A stretch of 63,028 bases of DNA, counting the filler, from Squatina squatina (lineage: Eukaryota), in assembly GCA_031763465.1 (NCBI GenBank). It is 3 parts of 3 records of this genome, joined end to end, with 100 filler letters (N's around TTAATTAATTAA, not from the genome) between each part and the next. Parts side by side here need not be neighbours in the genome. Positions count along the whole stretch, not along the records: positions 18,025 to 48,967 come from JARFOE010000115.1; 2 more parts are not named here. One strand, 5' to 3'. How positions within the stretch are numbered: position 1 is the first letter of the stretch; the number at the start of each line of letters is the position of its first letter. The position numbers and the translations under genes were made by a program. Shown here piece by piece: positions 26,468 through 38,420 of this stretch. The notes under the pieces were generated by a model. It made no database searches. It was not told the DNA's origin and saw only the letters and a program-made list of their open reading frames with translations.

Positions 26468-26860
26468 ATAAAGACTAGCATTTATATAGCGCAGTTCATG
26501 TCCACAGGATGTCCCAAAGCACTTTACAGCCAATGAAGTACTTTTTGAAGTGTAGTCACTGTTTTAATGTAGGAAAAACAGACAATTTGCATACAGCAAG
26601 CTCCCACACACTGCAACATGGTAATGACCAGGTAAATCTGTTTTATTGTTGTTGGAGAGATAAATATTCAGCACAGGACTCCGGGAAGAACTCCGCTGCT
26701 TTTCTTCATGGGACCTTTTAAAGTCAATTTGAAAGGACAGATTTAGCATCTAGGTTTAACATCTCTTTCAAAAGACAGCACCTCCAACAGCGCAGCACTC
26801 CTTCAGCACTGCAATCATCAGCCTTGATTTTTGTGCTCAAGTCTCAGGAGTGGGATTTAG
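26468..26860 (-). mobile_element. DeuSINE/SacSINE1-type SINE, near full length
   Basis: Tail aaagactagcatttatatagcg through ctcaagtctcaggagtgggattt. Confidence 0.8.
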
Positions 26861-27090
26861 TTATACGATGGCTGGTACAGAAACCAGAAGTGTCACATTT
26901 GGTGCTGTTGAGAATCTGGGAGTGCTTGATGCTGCTACTTGGTGTTTGAATTTGGAAGAGTTCCATTCCCCAACACTAACATCACTTTAAAAACCACCCC
27001 CCCCCCCACCAAATTCCTGTTGTAATACTGCTGCATCTCCTGCTGCTCTTGCATGCCCTCAGTACACTGTGCTTTAATCCTTTTGCTTAG

Positions 27091-27186
27091 GCACAACTTC
27101 AGAAATCTGTGACCAAACTGCAAGCCATGATTGATAAGCGCAACCTAGCGAAAAACAAATACGAGGGCCTGCTGGAGGATATCTTG
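27091..27186 (+). CDS. Candidate 96-nt internal exon, coiled-coil-like peptide AQLQKSVTKLQAMIDKRNLAKNKYEGLLEDIL
   Basis: Acceptor ccttttgcttag; donor gtaagt; phase 0/0; stop-free; protein not recognised. Confidence 0.65.
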
Positions 27187-27309
27187 GTAAGTGAGTTTGC
27201 CTTGTGCAGTACAGAATATTTCGCTCACCGATTTGACTTTACTTCTTTATGTCGAACTCTTGATACAAGTTGCATTTCTGTACATGGTGTTGTAGTGTTA
27301 TGGAATCGT

Positions 27310-27665
27310 AAAGCACAGAAGGAGGCCATTCAGCCCATCGAGTATGCCCCGGCTCTTTCAAAGAGCAATTCAGTCAGTCCCACTCTTCCGCCCCCACTCT
27401 TTCAACATATCCCTGCAATTTTTTCTCTTTCAAGCATTTATCCAATTCCCTTTTGAAGGCTAATATTAAATCTGCCTTCACCACCTTATCAGGTAGTGCA
27501 TTCCAAATTCTAACCACTCGTTGCATAAACAAGTGTTTCCTCACATCGCCCCTGGTTCTTTTGTCAATCACCTTAAATCTGTGCCCTCTGGTTATCGAAC
27601 CTGCAGCCATTGGAAGCAGTTTCTCTTTATTGACTCGCTCTACACCCTTCATGATTTTAAACACA
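27310..27665 (-). mobile_element. CR1 LINE 3' end
   Basis: FKIMKGVERVNKEKLLP...TRGHRFKV...HLFMQRVVRIWNALP plus CR1 3' UTR (gaggccattcagccc). Confidence 0.88.
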
Positions 27666-27817
27666 ATGCTTTGGTCTGAAACATTTTCTCAACAAACCTG
27701 AACATGAAGTTGAAAACTTGCTTCCTATATACCATGATAAAAGAGCAAGTAGGGGTTTTAACTGGTATTGGTGATGTCATCAAGACCGGGAACATGGGAT
27801 TTACAAGATGAGACAAG

Positions 27818-27950
27818 ACCAAGGTCCATCCAGTTCACCACCTAGGTAGTCGCATGACACAATAATAATGGAGTTAGTGAATTATAGAATTAAAGCATCA
27901 ATCTCTATCAATTAGTCTACAACTGACCCAGACACAAGGCGAGGAAAACC
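27818..27950 (-). mobile_element. LINE 3' UTR-like repeat, copy 1
   Basis: Homologous to 29903-30040 (ccaaggtccat...atcaatctctatca...gacccagaca...ggcgaggaaaacc). Confidence 0.55.
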
Positions 27951-28098
27951 NNNNNNNNNNNNNNNNNNNNNNNNNNNNNNNNNNNNNNNNNNNNNNNNNN
28001 NNNNNNNNNNNNNNNNNNNNNNNNNNNNNNNNNNNNNNNNNNNNNNNNNNAAAAGCACAAGCAAGTGAGCAACGGAAACCACAATAAGGGCAACTCAC

Positions 28099-28259
28099 TT
28101 GTTGCTGGACCTGTGGACGTCAACGATGTTGGAAAACAGATGGTGTCTCTCGGTTTTGGTCATGGTTAAGTTTAGTGCTTCGGAGTTCTTAAACATGCGG
28201 ATCAGGATTTCGAGGCTCAGCATGTAGGAGTGTTCTGATGAAATCACTTCAAAAATAGC
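28099..28259 (-). CDS. ARHGEF26: Rho guanine nucleotide exchange factor 26 (SGEF, ephexin family) internal exon at the start of the DH domain
   Basis: 161 nt between acceptor caacag and donor gtgagt; AIFEVISSEHSYMLSLEILIRMFKNSEALNLTMTKTERHHLFSNIVDVHRSSN closely matches the ARHGEF26 DH helix as recalled; an ephexin paralogue is not excluded. Confidence 0.85.
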
Positions 28260-28344
28260 CTGTTGATAAAGAGGGTTCACAGTTCAGAGGAGCCATGAAG
28301 AGTCAGACCTGTGACTCTACGCTCGATTTCTCTAATGTCTTCCT

Positions 28345-29245
28345 TGCCAGCATCCCATTCAGCCCCTCAAGCCTGTTCCGACATTCAATTAGATCATGGC
28401 TGATCTGTATCTTAACTCCTTCTGTATGCCTCGGTTCCGTAACCCTTAATACCCTTGCCTAACAAAAATCTAGCAATCTCAGTTGTGAAATTTTCAACTG
28501 ACCCCCAGCATCAATAGCTTTTTCGGGGAGTTCCAGATTTCCACTGCCCTTTGTATGAAGAAGTCCTTCCTGACATCACCCCTGGATGGCCTAGCTCTAA
28601 TTTTAAGGTTATGCCCCCTTGTTCTGAAATAGTTTCTCTCTATCTGCCCTATCAACTCCATTAATCATCTTAAACACCTCAATTAGATCATGTCTTAATC
28701 TTTTATGCTGGAAGAAATACAAACCTAGGCTGCACAACCTGTCCTCATAATTTAACACTCTTAGCTCTGGTATCATTCTGGTGAACCTGCTCTGTGCCCC
28801 CTCCAAGGCCAGTATATCCTTCCTGAGGTGCGGTGCCCAGAGCTGACTGCAGTATTCCAGATGCGGTCTACCCAGAGTTTTAAATAACTGTAGCATAAAT
28901 TTTACCCTTTGAATTCCAGCCCCCTTGAGATAAAGGCTAACATTCCCCTTTAATTATTTTTTGTACCTGTTTACTAGCTTTTAATGTGTTTTGTACATGG
29001 ACCCCGAAATCTCTCTGCTCCCCCACAGTTCCTAGACTGTTACCATTTAGAAAATACACTGATCTCTCTTTCTTTGGTCCAAAGTGGATGACCTCACACT
29101 TCCCCCACATTGAACTCCCATCTGCCACGTTTTTGCCCACTTACTTAAACTATCAATGTTCTGCTTCCATCTACACTACGTAATGTGCCACCTAACTTGA
29201 TGTTGTCAGCAAACTTGGATCTACAGCACACTATTCCTTCATCTA
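28345..29245 (-). mobile_element. CR1 LINE 3' ~0.9 kb (frameshifted ORF2)
   Basis: KCEVIHFG, LGRPHLEYCSQLWAPHLRKDILALEGAQSRFTRMIPEL and CR1 3' UTR. Confidence 0.9.
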
Positions 29246-29361
29246 ATCATTGATAATTATANNNNNNNNNNNNNNNNNNNNNNNNNNNNNNNNNNNNNNN
29301 NNNNNNNNNNNNNNNNNNNNNNNNNNNNNNNNNNNNNNNNNNNNNNNNNNNNNNNNNNNNN

Positions 29362-29432
29362 CTGCTGAGTTTTTCCAGCAATTTTTGTTTGTATTCTAGA
29401 TTCCAGCATCCGCAGTATTTCGCTTTTGTATT
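29362..29432 (+). mobile_element. Penelope-like terminal repeat fragment
   Basis: ctgctgagtttttccagcaatttttgtttgtattctagattccagcatccgcagtatttcgctttt; related to 18638 and 58185. Confidence 0.5.
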
Positions 29433-29902
29433 ACTGAGCAGGGGCATCCTGGACTGTGAAACTTAGTATAAAACAATGCAGTGTGAACTGATCGAGGTGT
29501 GGGGATGATTGAACTTTACACTCAATCTAAGTTATGGACTCATGATTTGATAAGAGTGAGTTTCCTAAGTCTACTTTTAGAGGCCAAAATATCTTCTCTC
29601 CTTTTGTCGATGGGGGAGGGGTGGTTGTGGAAATGAGAGTGTCTTCAACTGAAAGTACTTTCCCCAGAGTAACATTTCCCTTCATAACTGCAATCTAAAC
29701 AAGGTGAATTCATTCTTGGCCCAGAACCATAAACCACAATGTCCAAAGAGCAATGTAGCCAACTGGAAGACAGTTCAGGTTTATGTTCCTGTTTAATCAG
29801 TAGTTTGAATTGCAGTGTGGTGACAAAATGTCACTTTGCATCCACATAAAAGGAAAGAAAATAGTTCCGTCAGATTGTTACAAAAAAAAAGATGAAAGGC
29901 AG

Positions 29903-30232
29903 CCAAGGTCCATCTGGTTCACCTTGTACCTGCCCGGTAGTCACATGATACACCGATAACAGAGTTGTTGACTAGTCACAACCATCAATCTCTATCAGTG
30001 AGTCCACAACAGACCCAGACATGAGGCGAGGAAAACCTCCAGTGATGGAGAGCTTGGGGAACAAAGTCACCTGTTCCTCCCGAACTCACTACTCTCACCA
30101 CACGTCATGTCTCAAACTACTCACGCACTCAATCCCAAATTTTATTCCCTGAAAGAAATCTACCTAAACTGTATGTGAATGAATCAACACTAACTGCTTT
30201 CACCGCCTTCCTAGAGAGTCATCTCCACAGAT
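29903..30232 (-). mobile_element. LINE 3' UTR-like repeat, copy 2
   Basis: Homologous to 27818-27950 and extends further. Confidence 0.55.
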
Positions 30233-30625
30233 CGAGGCCAGCTGAGAGCGGGCGGAGCTTGGAGCCGGTTTTTGCCCCTCTCACAGACAGAGGTCAGCGT
30301 TCCAGAGCCACGTCACGATTCAAAAAGTGACATGGGCAAGAGGAAGCAGCTGATTGGGTGAGTACAGTCTGGTGAGTATTTTTACTACTCTTTAGTTTGA
30401 CAGTTAAGGTTAATAATTAATAAGGTTTAGAAGGTCTTTAGTTTCTGGTTATAGTTTCTCAAGTCTCTATTGCGTAGCGGGGAGTGCTAAGGGCCCTTAA
30501 GTAATTAATATCATTTAATTGTAGTNNNNNNNNNNNNNNNNNNNNNNNNNNNNNNNNNNNNNNNNNNNNNNNNNNNNNNNNNNNNNNNNNNNNNNNNNNN
30601 NNNNNNNNNNNNNNNNNNNNNNNNN

Positions 30626-30735
30626 CTGCAACGTTACAACAGTGACTACACTTCAGGAAAATGTCATTGGCCGTAAAGCGCTTTGGGACATCCTGAGGTT
30701 GTGAAAGGCGCTATATAAAGGCAGGTCTTCCTTTC
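30626..30735 (+). mobile_element. DeuSINE/SacSINE1 3' tail
   Basis: gctttgggacatcctgaggttgtgaaaggcgctatataaa. Confidence 0.75.
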
Positions 30736-31341
30736 ATAAAAATAATATGGATCTCAGCTGTAAATCCTACGCAAGTTGCCTTTCACGGATGGAATGTACT
30801 AAATCCCCAGGCTTTTCTGTGATGGGTCTCTTGGCCTAACAGCAGCATCGGGTTACCTTGGTGGAGCGATGACATTCCTGAGTCTCCGTTCCTTTTTTTT
30901 TACACACTGTACAAGTGTAAACAATACACAGCGCGGGGCAACAATAAGAGGCTGGAACTGGGCAAACCCGAGGCCTGCTGTGTAATGTGAGCTTGGCTTG
31001 ACAATCTGTCAAATCAATTAAGCAGACCAGACAGTCATTAAAAATCTAGGACGCACACGGGACCTCCGACCTGATATTAATATTACATTGGGCTTTGTCG
31101 CACTAACTCCCAGAGCTCGTCTGCATGCCGAACAAAATGAGCGCTGAAAGGAAGGGCAATTTGTCTCATTCATCAGCTATTGTCGTCCCTTTCCCTTTGT
31201 GGGACCAAGCAAGTCCCTCAACGCAAACAATTGCCGCGTTTNNNNNNNNNNNNNNNNNNNNNNNNNNNNNNNNNNNNNNNNNNNNNNNNNNNNNNNNNNN
31301 NNNNNNNNNNNNNNNNNNNNNNNNNNNNNNNNNNNNNNNNN

Positions 31342-31640
31342 AGGAGCAGAGAGAGGGAGCGAGACGGAGAGGTTAAGGGAGAGAATTCCAGAGGTTGGGG
31401 CCTACACAGTTGAAGGCACGGCCACCAATGGTGGAGCGATGAAAATCAGGGATGTGTAAGAGGCCAGAATTGGAGGAGTGCAGAGATTGCGAAGGGTTGT
31501 GGGGCTGGTGGAGGTTACAGATATAGGGAGGGGTGAGGCCGTGGGGCGATTTGAAAACAAGGTTGAGAATTTTAAAATCAGACTGGAAGGCAATGTAGCT
31601 CAGTGAGCACAGGGGTGATGGGTGAATGCACCGCCTGAGA
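31342..31640 (-). mobile_element. L2 LINE ORF2 C-terminal fragment
   Basis: DFKILNLVFKSPHGLTPPYICNL...GGRAFNCVGPNLWNSLP. Confidence 0.85.
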
Positions 31641-32082
31641 ATGAATATAAGGAAAAGCATTTTGGCACATTTTGATAATGTACTGAAGTGTTGTATCAAT
31701 GTAGTTCTTGCTTGTTTTTTTGACTTTTAATTGACATCCCTCACCTTAATAAGCACAAAAGAAATCAATGTTGAAGAAAAGGTAATAGTTTTCATATCTT
31801 GCCTGTCAATATTTACAATTTTTATACCCATGTCATGCTTTGCTGCCTCCGGCATTGTGAAGGTTACTCAGCCATGAAATTGGATTTGCTGTTTTCTGTT
31901 TACATTAGCAATTATACTCAGATAAAACTTGACCAGATATACATTCAAAAATTCTGGACATGAACCCAATTGTAAAAATTATCAAAACAATATGGAGCTT
32001 TTCAGCAAATCATCACTTGAATTTAGGTAAGGCAGCAGCAAAAGTTGGATTCAAAATGTCTTTAATCTCTGAAGTACTTTTG

Positions 32083-32734
32083 ATGCCCAATTCGATTGCC
32101 CTAAGTTTCTGGCGCTAACGGAAGAATAGTTGGGCACAAAGTTCAGCTCTTAGAACTTTAGTCTTAAATCTGGCTTTTCAACACTGAGAAAAAATCCCAG
32201 AAACAGCTTTAAAAACGTGCTAATTTCAGCGCTAATGGGCCCATACGCTGATTTTCTTAGTCTCTTTCAGCTGCAGAATTTCTCAATTGGCTTAACTTGA
32301 CACATCCACTTGTGTCCCTGGAGATGGAGCACGCGGTGTCCGCCGGTACGCTTGAGGCCTTCCGCAACCGGTGGGCACCAGGGGGACTGGAGTGCATCCT
32401 CACTGGGGACAATCGGGTTTTAATTTAAGTATCGGGGTTTTTGTTAAGTTTTAGTTTAATGTTCATTTGTTTAAAGTTTGATTTGTTTAACACTGTCTTT
32501 TAATTTGATTTACTCAAAAAGAGTAACTGCTTCCACTTACCTATCAGCCCACATCAATACATAAAGGGGGCCTTTCCCACACACAGCAAGTGCTTAGGTC
32601 AGTTAGGGAGGAGGAGAAGGAGGGGATGATTGTTCAGCTGTTAGGAATCATTTTGCAGAAATTTGAAAATGGATCAGAGAGCTCGACCCAGAGCAAGGAC
32701 TCCTCGTTTCAGTGAGGCAGCCCTGCAGGCACTT
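32083..32734 (+). mobile_element. Harbinger remnant: 5' end and start of the Myb/SANT-like ORF
   Basis: Terminus-like gatgcccaatt; MDQRARPRARTPRFSEAALQAL resembles the N-terminus of Harbinger Myb/SANT proteins; cut by a gap. Confidence 0.55.
32309..32524 (+). mobile_element. Tx1-clade (L1-Tx1) LINE 3' end
   Basis: LVSLEMEHAVSAGTLEAFRNRWAPGGLECILTGDNRVLI* (32309-32428) resembles the Tx1 ORF2 C-terminus; followed by a T-rich 3' UTR; CpGs retained. Confidence 0.65.
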
Positions 32735-34054
32735 NNNNNNNNNNNNNNNNNNNNNNNNNNNNNNNNNNNNNNNNNNNNNNNNNNNNNNNNNNNNNNNNNN
32801 NNNNNNNNNNNNNNNNNNNNNNNNNNNNNNNNNNCTCCAACTCAAGGTTCATTTTGTATGACTCTGAAAGGCATAAAAACCGATAGCGAGGGATTTTCCA
32901 TACAGCTTCTTATTTCAATTTAAAACGCACAAAAAAAACTCTGTGTCAAAATCAGCGACAAAAATAAAAGCGATTCCAGCAGCGAGCATCTGAAGAAATA
33001 AAAAGAAAACGACTCGAGAGATTGGTGTAAGCCTTTTTAAATTGCGGCCTTTGTTGCGTGATCTTGTACAGCTGTAGGGATACAAGAGTGCTGAGTTTTT
33101 CGGAGTTCTCGTCGTGGTAACCATGGCGAGCGAACTGTGGCAGAACATTACAGCTTGTCAACCACATCGTACGTGAATGATCAGCTGTAGAGGACAGGAA
33201 TGTAAATACAATACCTCGAACTCATTCACAGTTCTTAACTTTTCACACAGCCCTTTGTGGCTCCAGAGTTGAAAGTAGGCCCATTGACAAGTCTGTATTC
33301 AGATACGCTGTCTAATTTAACACCAACTACTCTTGTCTCTCTGCGGTTTAAACCTCCCTTCCCCATCGCCTTTGCAGCAGGGCTTTGGGAAGAACTAAAA
33401 GAGTCCTTTTATACATAGGTATTAATTTATATATCGCGCACTTGCAGACGCATATTCTTGTTCAAAGGCTCGTCTGATGTGTCTTCCCCATCCTTGGATC
33501 TGTTCAGTCTCTAATACGGTTGGAGAGACAGGTGGGCAAATCTGGCCCCGGCCACAGCCTATGAGGTAGATTTTATGATTGAACACTCCCTTTATGGGAC
33601 GCCCCCGCCCCCACCCGATGGGAGAGCTGATGGTAATAACAGGCGCAGGAGTGAGTAACCGCTGATTTGAAGCCTACCCAATTTTCTGTCCGTTAACATT
33701 AATTAGGAGGCCATGAGCTGGGTGTGCTAACTTCTATGCATGATTAGTTCTTGCCGAAGCTCCACATAGGCAGTACTAAAACACACAATCTCCCTGGATA
33801 AGTGTTTTACTTTGCTGCTGTGAATTCCGGGAAGGGAACCTATACAGGCTCTTTCCCGTCAAACTCTGTACATCAATGGTCACGAACACGGAAATCCATT
33901 CTTTGAGAGCACACAGAATTCATTGACATCACTGTGGCTCTCCCTATCTGCCTGNNNNNNNNNNNNNNNNNNNNNNNNNNNNNNNNNNNNNNNNNNNNNN
34001 NNNNNNNNNNNNNNNNNNNNNNNNNNNNNNNNNNNNNNNNNNNNNNNNNNNNNN

Positions 34055-34230
34055 AAGACAGACAGACAGACAGAAAGGCAGGCAGACAGAAAGACAGACA
34101 GATAGACAGTCAGTCAGTCAGTCAGACAGAAAGGCAGGCAGACAGACAGATAGACAGTCAGTCAGTCAGACAGAAAGAAAGACAGACAGACAGAAAGGCA
34201 GGCAGACAGACAGACAGACAGTCAGTCAGC
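34055..34230 (+). repeat. (CAGA/CAGT/CAGG)n tetranucleotide microsatellite
   Basis: Directly visible. Confidence 0.92.
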
Positions 34231-35127
34231 CATCTCCCCTCGAAATGCCCAGCATGAGGCATAACCTTCAGGAGATGGGTGGAGCGGGAAAGCATTGACG
34301 GGGAAGAAAGCAAAGCAAAGTACCCTGCCATTGCCAGCTGCAATCCCTGTTGCCTGGGAAAACCCATGGCTAGTAACATTTGCCACCATCACTGACAGGA
34401 TTCCATGCTGTGCTCAGTTCACTGAGAAGAAGAAGAAGGCATTCGAAAGACAATTGAGCTTTGCATATCTTTTCAATCTTTGTTTCGCTTCTCAAAGCTC
34501 CTGAGAGGTTTACATTCCGTAAAGTCAGGTTAAATCAGCGGTGGGTAGGATTTGCATTTCCTACTGAAATGAATACAAAACTGTCTTGTAAAATTATAGG
34601 ATGTGGACAATTTGAGGGCGATTGAGATTAGATTCAAAAGTCCATATGATTAAAGTGTAACGTTTTACACACAAAAAGAAACTAGTCTACTGTACTTTTA
34701 TATTCGTCCAGTAAAGGTTTCTGCTGTGCTTAATCCACAGGGTGCAGACCACAAAACAAAGGTGAAAAGAAAAGCATAATTCATTAGTAACCGTCGGAGG
34801 CTGCATTTCAAATCCTTTTGCTTCGCTTTTTATTAAATCGAACGTGAAACAAACTCTTGGGAGCTTGCTGCGTGATTCGGAAGGACTGACGTCAACAGCA
34901 CATTGCTGCCATCTCCCCGGAGCGATCCAGACAGCAAGGACTCACAGCCAACACCAGCAGGCCAGCATCTATTGAATATGTCATCACTAAACGACCACGT
35001 AGGAAGAAGTCCTTCTGAATCAATCTCTGCGATTTCTGTTCGCTTTAGTCCAAAGCCAGTTCTGATTGGGAATCTCAAAGTGGGACTCAGAAGAATTTGA
35101 CTTAGTAGCGTAGTACCAGGTTTTCTT

Positions 35128-35290
35128 GAATCTTGGTCAGACCCCATTTCGAGCACTGCATTCGTTTCTGGGCACCGCACCTCAGGAAAGAAAGAAATAC
35201 TTGCATTTATGTAGCGCCTTTCATGACCACCGGCCGTATCAAAGCACTTTACAGCCAATAAAGTACTTTTGGATTGTAGGCACTGTTGAA
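35128..35290. mobile_element. CR1 fragment (+) abutting a DeuSINE tail (-)
   Basis: LVRPHFEHCIRFWAPHLRK followed by aaatacttgcatttatgtagcgcctttcatgacc. Confidence 0.65.
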
Positions 35291-35554
35291 ATTCCCCTGT
35301 GGGGCTCAAGGGTCGCTGCCGTCGGTTGCCATGACCTGTTAAAAGGGAGGGTTGGAGCGCCGGCGGCCATTGCCTGGCAGCTGACTAGCACACTGGGGCC
35401 CTGTCCCATCGGCCAGCAGTCCTCCCCTTTAATTCAGGGGACAGGGCAGCAGCTGACATCATTAGCGTCCCGCTCCCATGTTAACTCCAATTCCGCGTCG
35501 GGAGCGATAGGTCCAGGGCAGGCGCTAAAAAACCCGGCCATGGAGCCTTAACGC

Positions 35555-35810
35555 TGTTGATGAATTGGGGTCCCTTGGTCTCCTTATTTAAAGTTGGATA
35601 TACTTAGAGGTGGTGCAACAATGGTTCACTAGATTGATCCCCGGGGTGAGAGGGTTGTCCTATGAGGAGAGATTGAGTAGATTGGGCCTATACTCTCTGG
35701 AGTTTAGAAGAATGAGAGGTAATCTCATTGAAACATGTAAGAATCTGAGGGAAATGGACAGGGCAGATATTGAGATTGTTTCTCCTGGCTGGAGAGTCTA
35801 GAACTGGGAA
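35555..35810 (+). mobile_element. CR1 LINE ORF2 fragment
   Basis: VQQWFTRLIPGVRGLSYEERLSRLGLYSLEFRRMRGNLIE. Confidence 0.85.
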
Positions 35811-36204
35811 GTATTTTTTTGATGTTCATGGGATGTGGGGTTCGCTGGCAAGATCGGCATTTATTGCTCATGAGAAGGTGGTGGTGAGCCAGTGTACTCT
35901 TGTGGTGACTTTTTCATAGCGGTTTTCAGGCAGTTAAGAGTCAACCAGTTGCTGTGAGCCTGGAGTCATATATAGGCCAGGCAAAGTAAAGACAGCAGGG
36001 AGCCCCAATTGGATTGCGCCATGCTAGTAACTTAAGCAGCCGAATATGTGTAGCTTATGCACCCATTTTGCGCTGCTGAATAACGCCCGGAAATTCATCT
36101 CTTCGTCATTTTTTTCAGGCAGAGTCTAACTGCAGCTTAAAATGAGCGTAATGAGGTGCAGGTGCAGCATTGAATGGCCGATATAGCTTTCATGGGACTG
36201 GTAG

Positions 36205-36467
36205 GAAACATAGAAAGGCAGAGTATTTTTTAAATGGTGATAGATTGGGAAAGGTTGATGTATAAAGGGCCCTGAGTGTCCTTGTACATCAATCACTGAA
36301 AGCAAACATGCAGGTGCAGCAAGCAGTTAGGAAGGCAAATGGTAGTTAGTCTTCATTGCAAGAGGATTTGAGTATAGGAGCAAGGATGTGTTACTGCAGT
36401 TATACAGGGCCTTGGTGAGACCACACCTGGAGTATTGTGTACAGTTTTGGTCTCCCTACCTAAGAAA
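36205..36467 (+). mobile_element. CR1 LINE ORF2 fragment
   Basis: [25 protein letters not shown]. Confidence 0.85.
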
Positions 36468-38420
36468 NNNNNNNNNNNNNNNNNNNNNNNNNNNNNNNNN
36501 NNNNNNNNNNNNNNNNNNNNNNNNNNNNNNNNNNNNNNNNNNNNNNNNNNNNNNNNNNNNNNNNNNNTTTTAATTTGAACATTTTTTTAAAACTCTTATG
36601 CTGGTAAAACCAAGCGCATATGCTTGGTTTTACCATGTGTAAAAAAAAAAGTTAGAGATTTTCAATGCAAGCGTGGAGAAAATCTCTCAAAGCTCCGCTC
36701 TGGAAATTTCTTTTCCTGCCTGAGCATAGATCTGTCAAGAAAAATCTTGACGGATCGCAAGTGCCGGATCTGCGGGCATGCGCATTGCAGCCCCAGACTT
36801 GGCACTTGCGAGGTCCCTCCGGTGCGCGGGAAAATCGTACCCACCTGGGGGGGCGGTAAGGGGTGGTAAATTGCAATTTCAGCCCCTATGTTTGCAGAAA
36901 ATATTTTTATTAGGATACAACAGTAAAAATAAAATGTTAGTTAAGTCAACAAATACAGAAATCTAATGACCTTGCTGACCTCCTATGATACAAGGAACCC
37001 AGTGTGAAAAGCTGGAAACTTGGAGCACTGATCCTTTATCATTTTCTGATCTCTATAGAGCAGTTTCTGCCTTTTTAGTTTTTGTATGTTTGAAAGACTA
37101 GCTAAGTCCAAATTTTAACATTTGCTGAAAAGGGAAGTGTGAATGGCAAGAATCTTTGAAGTTCAAAATCATGTTACCCTGTTTCCATGTTTATCAAATC
37201 TAATATACACATCGTAAATCCGAATAAATGTTTTTCTTAAACTTGCTGCTTTGGCAAGAAGTAGGTGCACAAGTGTGCCACCACTATAATTTAGAACAGA
37301 GATTTTTCTTTCAGGGTTTGATGGCCCAAAAGCTAATTTATATAACTAGCATGTAAAGTTGGACATAGTCACTACCCTTGCCTTCCCTAGTGAATATTGA
37401 AAAATTGGGGGGTTTTTTTGCAGCTGCATGCGAAAAAACATACATAAAAATTGTCATTACACGATTAAATTGAACAAATACAAGGGATAGATTTGAAATG
37501 GAGGACAGAATTGATGAAGATTGGAGAACAGAAGAAAGAATGGAAATATGATCTCAGATCTCTTAACAATGTTATCATCAACTAGGAGATGGAAGGGAGG
37601 GGGAAAACAGGGTGTGAAAAAGAAAGGAAGACTTGCATTTATATTGCACCTTTCACGGCCTAAGGACATCCCAAAACATTTTACAACCAATGATGCAGTC
37701 AATGTTGTAATGTAGGAAATGTTATACTTTTTATAACGTTTATACTTAACGCGATACTGTGCAATTGTTGTTATTCCCCTCCCCTGTGGGTAAGTTGCCG
37801 TGGCCTACTTTTCTCACTAATAGCATAGCTGAATTTGGAAATTTTGTCATGTCAACAACTGCAAGTGTGAACTTGCATCCTGCCACTTTGTGCATCAAGT
37901 AATGATGAATTGTTTTATTTTAGCTACTGTGTTGGACTGTTAAATTTTAATTAAAAATAACAACTTGTTGCCATTTCTACTAGTTGTTTCCAGCCTCCTT
38001 GATAAATAATATTTATCATACAGTATTTCCAAAGTTAATATTCTATTTTGGAGTATTAACTAATCAACAATATTGAACAATTTTTCCATCCAGCCCCCAA
38101 GGTCCATTTGAGTAAGGATAATGGCCGTACATTAAAGTTTGTGGTTATTTTCTTAATAAAAGTTAGGAACTTGATATAAGATTAATCATGACTGTGGATC
38201 ACTGTCCTATGACTGTGATAAGCGTGTAAACAATATTAAAAGTATGCATGCTGAGTATCATGGGTACACATGTTAAAGGTTTGAAAGTAAACACCGTATC
38301 AGCTCATTAGTATTCAGATCATGTTTAGCATCATTGTTTCTGGGGGCACTAATCTATAATCTATAGTACAGTCTTGCCTACAGTGCAATATTTGCTTGGT
38401 CATTTTAAAAAAAGAAAAGA

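Noticed and set aside
26214-26471. Exon after acceptor ttattttcacag
   Set aside because: No good downstream donor and no recognisable peptide
33148-33184. In-frame TGA followed by SFTYDVVDKL* as a selenoprotein exon
   Set aside because: Context matches no selenoprotein I know, and I saw no convincing SECIS
34833-35309. 158-aa minus-strand ORF
   Set aside because: Its 5' part is SINE and CR1 sequence; the remainder has no recognisable homology or splice signals
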